DNA from: Eledone cirrhosa
Taxonomy: Eukaryota
Assembly: GCA_964016885.1 (NCBI GenBank)
Contig: OZ024742.1
Span: 329,840,001 to 329,904,000, forward strand
Direction of reading: 5' to 3'
DNA: 64,000 nucleotides
Part shown: one piece after another, positions 31,484-49,993 of the stretch
Numbering within the stretch: position 1 is the stretch's first letter
Layout: each line of letters begins with the position of its first letter
The notes under the pieces: generated by a model
Databases searched by the model: none
Told to the model about the DNA's origin: nothing
The model's input: only the letters and a program-made list of their open reading frames with translations
Made by a program: the position numbers and the translations under genes

Positions 31484-31517
<34 letters not shown>

Positions 31518-31521
<4 letters not shown>

Positions 31522-32280
31522 TTTGATCTCGCTCTGTAAGTAGGAATGGCTGGATAATTATCTAATTCCTTGTTGACAATCCAATAATATCCACTTTTCG
31601 TGACTTACCATCTGATTAATTGGTGAAATATATTTCTTTAATGGGATATATACAAGGAAAGTTAATCACTCTTAAAGGTAAATATTGCCTAAACTAGCTA
31701 TGCGCGGTTACACGCAAGCTTAAATTATTTCCTGTGATTATTCATGTATTTGTATATGTTAATCAATCTCTAGTTATTATAATATGCTCATATTTATCTT
31801 TAAGCTTAAATTTTCAGGATATATGGCGAATGCATTATGTCATGACACCCATGATTTCGATTTAGATTAAATTCATTTAATTCATTTATCTTAATTTTGG
31901 ACTTATATATATACGGCTCCTTAATTGTAGAGTTATTTCTGTTGAGAAGAATTTTGACTGCTATTTCTAGTTGTCGAATACCTTTTCACGCCACTGAAAC
32001 GAAACCGCTATCATGTATGAACGCAACACGTGTTAACGGATAGTTGAAGATTTGATCTCGCTCTGTAAGTACGAATGGCTGGATAATTATCTATTTCCTT
32101 GTTGACAATCCAATAATATCCACTTTCCGTGACTTACCATCTGATTAATTGGTGAAATATATTTCTTTAATGGGATATATACAAGGAAAGTTAATCACTC
32201 TTAAAGGTAAATAGTGCCTAAACTAGTTATGCGTGGTTACACGCAAGCTTAAATTATCTCCTGTGATTATTCATGTATTT
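31518..32280. repeat. Non-coding partial tandem repeat (period about 530 bp), family E-related
   Basis: agatttgatctcgctctgtaagta at 31519 and 32048. Confidence 0.8.
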
Positions 32281-32297
32281 TTATATATATATATATG

Positions 32298-32383
<86 letters not shown>

Positions 32384-32538
32384 GTATATATATATATATA
32401 TATGTGTACATATAATATATATATATATATATACGTATATATATATATATATGTATATATAATATATATATATATATATACGTATATATATATGTATATA
32501 TAATATATATATATATATTATATATATATTATATATAC

Positions 32539-32569
<31 letters not shown>

Positions 32570-33277
32570 ATTTGTATTCCAATGTTACTAAGTAGTTGCA
32601 TTGGATGGAGTCAACTGACGTCAGAGATTGCTCAACGTATAATAAAGTGTGTTTTAAAATCCGGAGAAAATATGGAGAAAAAATTTACGAAATGGAAATG
32701 CGGGTATATAGAATTTATTAGGTAACAATTGTTTCTATAGTGTATAAGTTACCTATACCTCGCTATTTGAATGATACACAAATATTATCAAAAACCGAAA
32801 GTACACTGTAAGCCAACACACCATGTCATCAGACCTTTGTATTAGAATGATATGAAAATATTTTATACACTAGATAAAAGATAAAGAAGGAGGTAGGAAG
32901 AGAAGGGGAAGAGGGAAGTGAGTAAGGTGGAGGGTGTCTTAGGGTTTAAGACTGTCAGACTAGTAGAGATTGTGAAGAGAGAATGTTTTGGCAGCAGTTA
33001 GCTTAATGAGGCGTGCTAAGGTTGGCTGGGAAGTAGATACTTCTAGTGGTGTTGTTCGGACAAAATTTAGTTAGAGGGGTCAAAGTGGTACAATGTCACA
33101 GACAAGTTATTAGGGCTATTATAGTAGCAGGTTATTTCTAAAGGGGTCCAGAAAAACAGTGTTTAGTACTATTATTATAGAAAGTCATATCTAGTGTATA
33201 AACATATGACAGAAATTTGCAAACGTTGGTGTAAAAAGGTAACATTATATGCATTTAAAAAAAGAAAAAGTCGTGGT

Positions 33278-35514
33278 ATGTCCTTAAAAAACATACCCAT
33301 TCAGGGTAAAAAGGATTAAATTCTTGGTATGATACAAAGGACCAACGAATTTATTCGGCGGATTAGATGGAAGGCCTTCCACTTCGATCGGAAAAGGATT
33401 ACACAAACTTCGGACACCAACAACGAGAAGTTTGGTTTCAAATCCTACAAAAACCCACGCTCTAACCCTCTGTTGGATTCTTTCGAACAGGACTTAATGA
33501 AAATGATAACCGGAATCAAACTTACAGACGGAAGGAAAAACGAACTGCAACGAGATATTAAAACTCTACTCAACAACCTAAGGAATACCAAAGGAATTAT
33601 CATAAAGGCAGAAAAAACTTCGAATCTATACACCCTGGATGTAGAAACATATAACAATTTTATACGTAAGGAATTACATAGGAAATACAAAAAAACAAAG
33701 GCAACTACACTAACCAACATTAATAACGCAGCATGTGATATTGTTAGGAAACTGAACATTGACGACAGAACGGTACCCCTATCCCCAGCTACACCGACTT
33801 TTAATCTGAAGGACCATAAGGATAACTTCGATACTAACCCTAAAATTAGATTAATATGTCCTTCAAAGTCCGATATAGGTAGGATTAGTAAGTACATATT
33901 AGATCGTATTATCCCCCAAGTTAAGGCTAAGGTAGATATTAAATTATGGGGTAATACTCATCAGGCAATAAGATGGTTCAATAACATTAGGGACAAAAAC
34001 AAATCTTCTTTTATTCAATTCGATATAGATGAATACTATTCCTCTATTTCACCCGAAACCCTGCATAAGGCCCTCTCTTTCGCTAAGACTAACTCGGACC
34101 TCACAAACGAGGAAATTAATATTATACTTGAAGCTAGACGCACAGTAGTGCACTTTGAAAATAGTTATTGGGTCCGCAGGGATAGACCCTCGGAATTCGA
34201 CATTACGATGGGTTCTAATGATTCGGCGGAGGTTACGGATTTGGTTGGGATCTATATAGCCCATAGACTCCAGAGCGAATTTACGGACCTCCATGGTGGA
34301 ATATACCGCGACGATACACTTCTATTAGTCAAGAATATGAACAAACAAAACCTAGAAAGGCGACGTAAAAACATTAGGAAACTTTTCTTAGAACTAGGGC
34401 TTAATATTACCTTTGAACACAATCTTAAGGTGGTCAACTTCTTGGATGTTACCTTCAACCTTAATAACTTAATGAAAATCTTAAGTACGTTAATGTAAAA
34501 TAGAACCATCCTCATTCCATTATTAAATCTATCCCTAAAAATATATCCATAAGGATCTCCCGATTGTCGTCTAATTTGCAGACCTTCAACGAGCATGCTG
34601 AATATTATAATGACGCACTTAGAAAAGCTGGTTACTGCGAGAAAATTGAATATCTAGACGATAACCACATAAGTACTATGAATATAACACATCGAAGTCG
34701 AACTAGTATTGCACCACACACACACATCAATAGGCATACTAACAGGTGCAAACCAGCAAATAGAGTCAGACGTAGAGAGTACATATGGTATAACCCCGTG
34801 TACAATTCTTCTATTAGCACTAAGATTATCTCACAATTCTATACACTAATCAATAAACACTTTACAACTTCACATAAATACTATAACATCTTTAACTCGC
34901 GCACCATTAGACTCTCATACTCCACTGCACCTAACATAGAACAACTAATTAGAAAACTCAACTCAGCAATACTCAATAAGTACATCCCTAATGACTCAGC
35001 GCACCAGCATAGCAACATGCAACGCACTAACACGCAACCGCAACCCCACCAAACTATCCAGGATTCTACTGCAAAACATAAAAATAGTTGTAACTGCACC
35101 AAACCAGGTACGTGCCCACTGAATAACCAGTGCCTAGCACGCAATATTGTCTACCGGTGTACAATAAATTCCGGGACCAACAAATGGTATTACGTCGGAT
35201 GTACCGCAACTTCTTTCAAGGCTCGCCTATACCAACATCGATCTTCGATCAGGCACGAGAAAATGCGCTCCGTAACAACCCTCACCGATAAAGCCTGGCA
35301 GCGTCGGAGGAACAATCAAGCGTTCTCCCTTGATTGGCAAATTATTGCAGCTGCGCCTGCATATCAGCAAAATCATCGATTCTGCAAGTTATGCAATTTA
35401 GAGATATACTGCATTTTAACGTCGGTAAACAAACTTTTGAACAGCAAAATTGAACGTTCTCTATACTGTAACCATCGTTTGAAAACGACTTTTTCTTTTT
35501 TTAAATGCATATAA
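33278..35514 (+). pseudogene. PLE family F RT + GIY-YIG, with a stop near 33317 and a frameshift/deletion near 34465-34500
   Basis: SLKNIP, RRIRWKA, IRLICPSKSDIG, ITMGSNDSAEVTDLVG, YRDD, CNCTKPGTCPLNNQC, YVG; homologous to 41313-43769. Confidence 0.88.
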
Positions 35515-35924
35515 TGTTACCTTTTTACACCAACGTTTGCAAATTTCTGTATTATATGTTTATACACTAGATATGACTTTCTATAATAATAGTACTAAAC
35601 ACTGTTTTTCTGGACCCCTTTAGAAATAACCTGCTACTATAATAGCCCTAATAACTTGTCTGTGACATTGTACCACTTTGACCCCTCTAACTAAATTTTG
35701 TCCGAACAACACCACTAGAAGTATCTACTTCCCAGCCAACCTTAGCACGCCTCATTAAGCTAACTGCTGCCAAAACATTCTCTCTTCACAATCTCTAGTA
35801 GTCTGACAGTCTTAAACCCTAAGACTCCCTCCACCTTACTCACTTCCCTCTTCCCCTTCTCTTCCTACCTCCTTCTTTATCTTTTATCTAGTGTATAAAA
35901 TATTTTCATATCATTCTAATACAA

Positions 35925-36041
35925 AGGTCTGATGACATGGTGTGTTGGCTTACAGTGAACTTTCGGTTTTTAATATTATTTGTGTATTATTCAAATAGCG
36001 AGGTATAGGTAACTCATACACTATAGAAACAATTGTTACCT
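35925..36041 (+). ncRNA. Family F long-stem-II HHR (inverted copy 32720-32836)
   Basis: aggt CTGATGA [90 nt; atggtgtg..ttac / gtaa..tacactat] GAAA caattg TT acct. Confidence 0.65.
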
Positions 36042-36141
36042 AATAAATTCTATATACCCGCATTTCCATTTCGTAATTTTTTTCTTTCTCTCTCTATATA
36101 TATATATATTATATATATATTATATATACGTATATATATAA

Positions 36142-36189
<48 letters not shown>

Positions 36190-36234
36190 ATATATACATA
36201 TATATAAATATAAATAAATATATATATATATATA

Positions 36235-40811
<4,577 letters not shown>

Positions 40812-41312
40812 GTTATTATCAATAAATATATTTCATTGTTTCTGAAGACGGCATATGTATGTGTTGGTATGTATATTATATTTGATAATTTGTATAATTT
40901 TGTATAATTTTGTACATAGGTCTGTTGAATATGCATACCAATTCTAACACATATATGTCCTAGAAACGATCGTTAAATAATGAACTTTTTTTGTTTAATA
41001 TAAGGAACTGTTTCACTGTTTTATTCATTATTTTTTTAACATTTTATCTTGACTCTGTATTCCGTTTATCTTTCACCGAAAGTGATTTTTGAATGCATCT
41101 CTTCTTTCCATGATATCCGGATTATATTGAGTTCTTCATACGGATTGGACACTACCGTAAACTCTTGGTAGATTTATTTACATAATTTGCTTCTATTTTC
41201 ACGGAAATATTCGTATTTTTGTACTGTATGTGTGTGTTAATTTTATATTTATGTATATACATATATATGTATGATTTTATAACCCCATATACATTTAGTT
41301 GAACTCTTTCTA

Positions 41313-43769
41313 TTGTCCATCATCCATATCACAATAGAAAAACAATACTTGGGAACCTCTTTAAAGAATATACCAATACCTTCTAAGGACGACTTCTTAC
41401 TCCTTATGATACAGAAAACTAACCAATTTATCAGAAGAGTTAGATGGAGGGCCTACCACTTCGATAAAAAATCTAAATATGCAGATAGGAAATATATGTA
41501 TGATTTCAATACTTACAAGAATCCACCACACAACTCTCTACTTGAAGACTTTGAGAAAGACCTTTTTAATTTAATTAAACACCTCAAATTTAAGAAGTAT
41601 AAATCAGTCTTTCAAAAGGACCTTGATTCTACCCTTTTGGACCTAAAAAAGTCTAAAATAATCCATGTCCACTCGGATAAAACAGGAAACTTGTATCACA
41701 TGAATATTGAAGATTATAATGAGTTCATATATAAAGAACTCAGGAAAAACTATAAAAAATCTAATAATGCGTCACTCACCAATATCAACAACAAAACATA
41801 CAACATAGTAAAAAAACTAAACATTGAAGATAGAACTGAACCTTTGGCATTGAAAAGACCACACTTTAACCTGAAGGATCATAAATCAAACTTTAACTCA
41901 AATCCTTCTATAAGACTTATATGTCCCTCCAAATCTGATATTGGAATAATTAGCAAAAAAATTTTGGATAGAGTCATCCCACAAATAAGAAAACATGTTA
42001 ATTTACCACTCTGGGAAAACACTTCCCAGGTAATTAACTGGTTTAAAAATATTAGATGTAAATCTTCTGCTTCATTTCTACAATTTGATATTGATAATTA
42101 CTATTCTTCTATTTCACTTATAATCCTGAACAAAGCTTTGATATTTGCTAAAAATAGATCTAACTTAACTTTGGATGACATTAATATTATTACACATGCT
42201 AGACTAACACTTATTGAATTTCAGAATGAATATTGGACCAGAAACACATATAGTAATCTATTTGATATTACTATGGGTTCAAGCGATTCTGCCCAAATTA
42301 CTGATCTTGTGGGCCTCTTTCTTCTTTTCAACATAAATGCTTCCTTTCCCCACCTTAAAGGTGGTTTATATCGTGATGACTGTCTTCTTCTTTCCAACAA
42401 CCTTAGCCTCTCAGAAATAGAAAAAAACAAAAAGCTTATTAGAACTTTCCTTAAAGACTATTATAGACTTCATATTACTTTTGAAAACACAAGTAAAGTA
42501 GTTAATTTCCTAGATATAACTTTAGACTTAGCTACGGGTATCTACCAACCTTACCATAAACCCAACCAAAACTTACACTACATACACTCACAATCTAATC
42601 ACCCTAAATCTATCCTTAAAAACCTTGCATATAATATATCACTTAGAATTTCTAACCTTTCATCTAACCAAGATGTATTTGATAAAAATGCGACCTTCTA
42701 TAACGAAGCTCTAGATAGAAGTGGCCACAAAAATAGATTAGAATATACACCTTCTACTAAAAAGACTATAAACATACAACCTAATATTACCAACAAACAC
42801 CAAATGAAAAGTACACACCTAAATGCCACCCACACTATACCCCAAAATACCAACAACTCCTCTAATATAAACTATAGTAACTCTCAAAAAACTACTCATC
42901 ATACAACTCTAATAAATGTTAACAATAAAACTCCTAATAAACATGATAAAACACCTAAATCAATACATCTAACTAAAAATGTGCGTGGTGATGTCATTAA
43001 CATTAATCCTCCTAGTAAACATCACGATACAACCTATAAAAATAATAAACAACATAGAAACCGGAATAGACGAGTTACTTGGCATAATGCTCCATTTAAT
43101 TTACAAATTAAGGATAATATTGCTAAAAACTTTGTTTATATCCTAGAGAAAAACTTCCCGCCAAACCACAAATATCATCAAATCTTAAATAGGTCAACAG
43201 TTAAATTCTCATACTCAACAACCAAAAACATAAAACAAAATATAAGTGCCTATAATGCATATAAATGTAAAAAAACCATAAGTATACCACCAATACATCA
43301 AACTAACCATAATATCTCCTCAAATACAGAATTAACGAAAGGTTGTAACTGTAGAAACAAAGCAAACTGCCCATTAAAAGGAAATTGTCTTGTTAACAAC
43401 ATAGTTTATAAATGTAAGGTTAAAACTAAAGACTCTATTTGCTCATATATAGGAGCTACTTCTAACAATTTTAAGGTAAGGTTTAATACCCACAAACATA
43501 GTTTCAAAAACGCCGCACTGGCTAATACAACATCTCTAGCAGAAAAAAATAATAGTTATAGAAATAAGAATATAGAATATGATATGACCTGGAGTGTGCT
43601 CAAAAGAGCCACCCCTTATCAAAATAATAGAAATGAATGTAGATTATGTTCCCAAGAACTATTTGAAATAATGAAATCTAAAGATATCCTATTAAATAAG
43701 CGACAGGAATTAATTATATCGTGTAATCATAAACTGAGAAAAACATTTAAATATTATAAACCTAAATAA
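41313..43769 (+). CDS. Penelope-like element polyprotein (reverse transcriptase + C-terminal GIY-YIG endonuclease), 818 codons; resembles the Hydra clade
   Basis: SLKNIPIPS, RRVRWRA, RLICPSKSDIG, FDI..YYSSI, ITMGS, YRDD, FLDITLDL, CxCx5CPx4C linker, IVY..YIG, terminal RQELIISCNH; true start uncertain (TTG; first ATG 41406); clade name from memory. Confidence 0.88.
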   Translation: MSIIHITIEKQYLGTSLKNIPIPSKDDFLLLMIQKTNQFIRRVRWRAYHFDKKSKYADRKYMYDFNTYKNPPHNSLLEDFEKDLFNLIKHLKFKKYKSVFQKDLDSTLLDLKKSKIIHVHSDKTGNLYHMNIEDYNEFIYKELRKNYKKSNNASLTNINNKTYNIVKKLNIEDRTEPLALKRPHFNLKDHKSNFNSNPSIRLICPSKSDIGIISKKILDRVIPQIRKHVNLPLWENTSQVINWFKNIRCKSSASFLQFDIDNYYSSISLIILNKALIFAKNRSNLTLDDINIITHARLTLIEFQNEYWTRNTYSNLFDITMGSSDSAQITDLVGLFLLFNINASFPHLKGGLYRDDCLLLSNNLSLSEIEKNKKLIRTFLKDYYRLHITFENTSKVVNFLDITLDLATGIYQPYHKPNQNLHYIHSQSNHPKSILKNLAYNISLRISNLSSNQDVFDKNATFYNEALDRSGHKNRLEYTPSTKKTINIQPNITNKHQMKSTHLNATHTIPQNTNNSSNINYSNSQKTTHHTTLINVNNKTPNKHDKTPKSIHLTKNVRGDVININPPSKHHDTTYKNNKQHRNRNRRVTWHNAPFNLQIKDNIAKNFVYILEKNFPPNHKYHQILNRSTVKFSYSTTKNIKQNISAYNAYKCKKTISIPPIHQTNHNISSNTELTKGCNCRNKANCPLKGNCLVNNIVYKCKVKTKDSICSYIGATSNNFKVRFNTHKHSFKNAALANTTSLAEKNNSYRNKNIEYDMTWSVLKRATPYQNNRNECRLCSQELFEIMKSKDILLNKRQELIISCNHKLRKTFKYYKPK

Positions 43770-44241
43770 TAATATATATTTTAGAAATTTAGAAATTAAT
43801 ATATAATTTAATTTAAATGTAGATAACCTATAAATTTAATTTAATTAAATTTCTAATACAGATGAGATAAAAAATATTGTGTAATCATAAATAGTGAAAC
43901 ACTTTTAAATATTATTAACATAATTAATATATACTTTGTAAATTAATTTATAGATTAATTTTAGATTATTTAACCTTTTATTAAAATTCCTTTATAGATG
44001 AAATATAACAAAACATCGTGTAATCAATAACAGAGAAATATTTTTTAATATTATAAACCTAATTAATATACAATTTAGAAAGTTATTTATAAATTAATTT
44101 TAATTTAGTTTACCTATAATTTTAATTTAATTAGCTGAAAATTAAAATTCCAATACAGATGGATTGCAGAATATCATGTAATCATAAACTGAGATACATT
44201 TTTAAATATATACCTAATTAATATATTCTTTACAATTAAAA

Positions 44242-44297
<56 letters not shown>

Positions 44298-44995
44298 TTT
44301 AATTTTTGTTAACCTATAATTATATTCTACTATAGATAAAATACAAAATCTGCTTTAATTATTATAAACCTAATTAACATATTCTATAGAAATTAATATA
44401 TAACTCTTTAATTTCGTTAACCTATAATTTATATTCTACTACCGATGAAATACTTGATTTGGTTTTCCCTATTACTAAATTCATTTCCTAATATTGATAC
44501 CATAATGTTAATATTTTAATTTAGTTATGATATAATTAATATTCTACTACTATTTAACTTCAAAATTCCGCTTCAAATATTATAAACCTAAGTAGTATAC
44601 ACCTTAGAAATCAATATATTAACTAATTTTAATTTAGTTAACCTTTAATTAATAGTCTACTTATATTAAAATGCATAATTTTGCCTTCTTTCTTACATTT
44701 CCTAATACTGAAACTATTATGTAAAAATATATTATGATCTAAATGCAGATTAATATTCTATGTTCCTTGAAACCTATATTTACTTTTTCCCACTAATAAT
44801 TTTAATCCCCCCCCCCATAATTATTCATATTTGTAAGCGTGGATGAATGTATGTGTATGTAAGTAGGTATGTATGTTTGGGTGTTTATATGGGAGTATAA
44901 AAATACATGTGCGCATGTAAATAAGTGTCTATGATTGTATATATATATATGTATATATATGTATATATGTATGTATGTATGTATGTATATATATG

Positions 44996-45028
<33 letters not shown>

Positions 45029-45341
45029 GTCTATGTATAAGTATGTGTGTATGTATATATGTATGCGTGCGTGCGTATATGTGTATATATATTTGTAGGG
45101 ATGTGTGTATGTGTATATATATATATGTGTGCATAATAGGCTGAGTTGTGTGAGCGTGTGATTGTATGTGTATATACATACATGTATATGTGTATGTGTG
45201 TGTATATATACGTATATGTATGTGTGTGTGTGTGTTGTGTGTGTGTGTATATATATATATGTGTATATATGTGTGTGTATGTATATATATATATATATGT
45301 GTGTGTGTATATATGTGTGTATATATATGTGTCTGTATGTA

Positions 45342-45398
<57 letters not shown>

Positions 45399-45558
45399 AC
45401 GTGTGTGTACATATATGTGTATATATGTATGTGAGTTGTGAATATATGTATATATTTTTATATATATGTGTGTTTGTATGTGTGTCTATGTATTTATATA
45501 TGTATGTGTATGTATATTTATGTATGAGTATGTGTACGTGTATATGTGTATGTGTATG

Positions 45559-45597
<39 letters not shown>

Positions 45598-45862
45598 GTG
45601 TATGTGTATTTATATGTATATGTATATCGGTATGTATTTTATGTATGAGTATATTTTACTTGTTTATATATATATATATATTTCTTTTGATATATTTCTT
45701 TTTATTTCTAAATTTATAGATACATTTTTAAATAGGCAGCTCCCTGACATCCTTAGTTATTACTGAACCCCTTACCCACTTCTGCATTTGGATGTAAAAA
45801 TATATGTAGCAGTGTTTATGTGTGTGCCTAAATATCCATATAGTTATAATAATAATATATAC

Positions 45863-45893
<31 letters not shown>

Positions 45894-46265
45894 AGTGTGT
45901 GTGTGTATGTTCATGGGTAAGTGTATGTTTATGTGTATATGCGCGTGTGTGTGTGAATGTGCGTGTATATATATGTGTGTATATATGAATCTATATATGT
46001 TTATATGCGTATGTGTATTTTATCTGTAGATTATAAACATACAGAGACATTAGCCCTGAATTTTTTGTATTTACATACATTTTTTCGACATGCGTATGCA
46101 TGTGAACATATATTTTTATGCATATCTGTGAACGAAGTTACTTACATATATACACACACCTAACTGTATTTTATTGATATATTTTGTGTATTTCATTGGT
46201 CAATTTGAACTCTGTTCCCAAACAGACCTGTAATTTTGAATTGTTGTTATTATCAATAAATATAT

Positions 46266-46418
46266 TTCATTATTTCTGAAGACGGCATATGTATGTATTG
46301 GTATGTATTTTATATTTGATAATTTGTATAATTTTGTATAATTTTGTACATAGATCTGTTGAATATGCATACCAATTCTAACACATATATGTCCTAGAAA
46401 CGATCGTTAAATAATGAA
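46266..46418 (+). ncRNA. Type I HHR with 114-nt stem II
   Basis: Stem I ttcattattt/aaataatgaa (10 bp), CTGAAGA 46276-82, GAAA 46397-400, palindrome CGATCG, GUU triplet. Confidence 0.75.
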
Positions 46419-46612
46419 CTTTTTTTGTTTAATATAAGGAACTGTTTCATTGTTTTATTCATTATTTTTTTAACATTTTATCTTGACTCTGTATTCCGTT
46501 TATCTTTCACCGAATGTGATTTTTGAATGCATCTCTTTTTTCCATGATATCCGGATTATATTGAGTTCTTCATACGGATTGGACACTACCGTAAACTCTT
46601 GGTAGATTTATC

Positions 46613-48042
<1,430 letters not shown>

Positions 48043-48234
48043 CGAAGGTAATGTGGTAAGGAACCAGGTGGACTATAAGGCACCAATGTACTCAATACTT
48101 AGTGTAGTAGAGTGGGTAATAGGAACGAGTAAGACCCCGCCGGCTGAGCTCAACCCGTTTCGACTGCTAATTCTGAACTCAGTCCAGAATTAGCCGTCGA
48201 AACGTCTTGAGCTCAGCCGTCGGGGCCCTACTCG

Positions 48235-48269
<35 letters not shown>

Positions 48270-48271
<2 letters not shown>

Positions 48272-49993
48272 TTTGATGTGAACAAAAACAGGAACCTATC
48301 CAACTGCATAATAGGCAGCATGGATGTGGTGTCACTGTAGCCATCCATTGACATTGATTTTGCTGTGAAAAGATGTGTGGAGATGATTATTGAGAGTGAG
48401 GTGGGGTTCTGCGCCGTCGACACAGACGAACTGGGCCTCCTACTTAGACTTACCTACGACACTGACTACCTAGACAGGCATGACCATAGACGTTTCTGCC
48501 CTAGTAGACCTATAAGAGGTAGACCCCCCACCATAATCTCAATGGCAAAAAAGACTCCCATGGGAAGGTGGATTGTGTGGACCAAAGCTATACGGACCCC
48601 CTAAAACAATGAACAGGTAAGAAAAATGGTTGCACATGCAATAGGGGCTAGTATCAAAATTAGCCTAAAGGGCCACATATTTAAGTTCAACGAGAAGATC
48701 TACACCCAAAATGAGTGAGCAGCCATCGGCGTCAGCATAGCTGGTGATGTTGCCAACCTTTTCATGGTATGGTGGGAAAGGAGACTTAAAGATCTGCTAA
48801 ATGAGAAATCCATAGACCTCATCATGTACTCTCGTTATGTAGACGATATCAATATAGTTATAAGAACACCCCCACTAGAGAGCACTAACAAGTTTGATTT
48901 AGAACGTAGCACGATTGTAAGCATCCAGCAGATAGCTAATTCCATACACCAGAGTATAACTGTAACTATCGACTTCCCTTCCAAACACCCTAACAATAGA
49001 CTACCTGCATTAGACACAGAACTCTGGATTAACACTATAGACGAGAGAGCCCAAATTCTCCACTCACACTATGCTAAACCCATGGCCACCAAATACCTGA
49101 TACTCAAAAACTCAGCAATGTCCAGTAGTGCTAAGTTTAATATTCTGATCGCAGATTTGGAACAAGTGATGAAGAATGTGTCCCGCATGTGCGACCCAAC
49201 AGAAATAGAAAGACACATCCAACACTTCATCAACCGCATGCAGTTCTCTGGCTACAACCAAAGAGACAGAATCAGAGTATACGAAGGAGCCATGGAGAAG
49301 TATAAGACCCTCATAGAACTGGACATGAAAGGAACTTGCCCATTATACAGGAGCAAATCATGGAATAGCTTAGATAGGGCTAGACATAAGATAGTGAAAG
49401 CCAACTATGGATACGACAACCAGAGATACCAGAGTGTCATGTTTGTGGACGCTACCCCTGGAGGGAAATTAGCTAACCAGTGTAGAAAGGCCCTGAGAAA
49501 GACCCACTTAAAAATAAAGGTGGTAGAAAAGCCAGGAGCCACCATAAAATCCCTGATCAGCAAAACCTACCCTTTTAAGAAAACCCACTGTACCAATAGG
49601 AAATGTATCATATGTGAGGTGAACCCCCGGATAAACTGTAAAACTAGAAACGTAGTCTATAGCATAAGGTGTACAGAGGATACTTGCAGAAAGATGACAA
49701 CAACATACATAGGTGAGACAGCTCGTAGCATAGGTGAAAGGATAGACCAACACTGGGGGGAACTAAAAGGACGAAAAAACGGGTCAATACTATACGAATA
49801 TGCTAGAAAACAACATGATGGTAACATAGACAACATAGAAATTAGAATAATATCTAAACATAGAAATGACCCAGCAGATAGGCAAATCAGAGAGACCAGT
49901 GAAATAGAAATTAGAAGACCAAGGCTAAACAGAAAGAATGAATGGAATAACAACAACACCCAAACAAACAACACTGACCTAAGAGAAGTATAA
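48270..49993 (+). pseudogene. PLE RT + GIY-YIG (related to family B, possibly Nematis-like); 5' part has stops, 48764-49993 open
   Basis: GSMDVVSL*PSI, AIGVSIAGDVANLFM, RYVDD, LPALD, YAKPMA, CTNRKCIIC, NVVY..C..YIGETAR; 3' UTR to about 50485 with degenerate HHR about 50237-50278. Confidence 0.85.

Larger units (their letters stand above)
32570..36085 (+). mobile_element. PLE family F (related to A) with inverted pLTR (about 32680-33274 vs 35485-36080)
   Basis: About 600-bp near-perfect inverted repeat flanking an RT-EN ORF; (TA)n on both sides. Confidence 0.88.
40812..46616 (+). mobile_element. PLE family A near full-length copy with direct pLTR repeat (40812-41183 = about 46246-46616)
   Basis: Direct terminal repeat carrying the HHR (40832-40984, 46266-46418), intact ORF, long 3' UTR. 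Confidence 0.9.

Noticed and set aside
40812-40936. N-terminus of the 516-aa minus-strand ORF
   Set aside because: Chance read-through from the antisense pLTR across the inversion junction
48716-48718. In-frame TGA as selenocysteine
   Set aside because: Aligns with an expected Gly of the RT motif (GGA>TGA), and nearby TAG/TAA stops show decay
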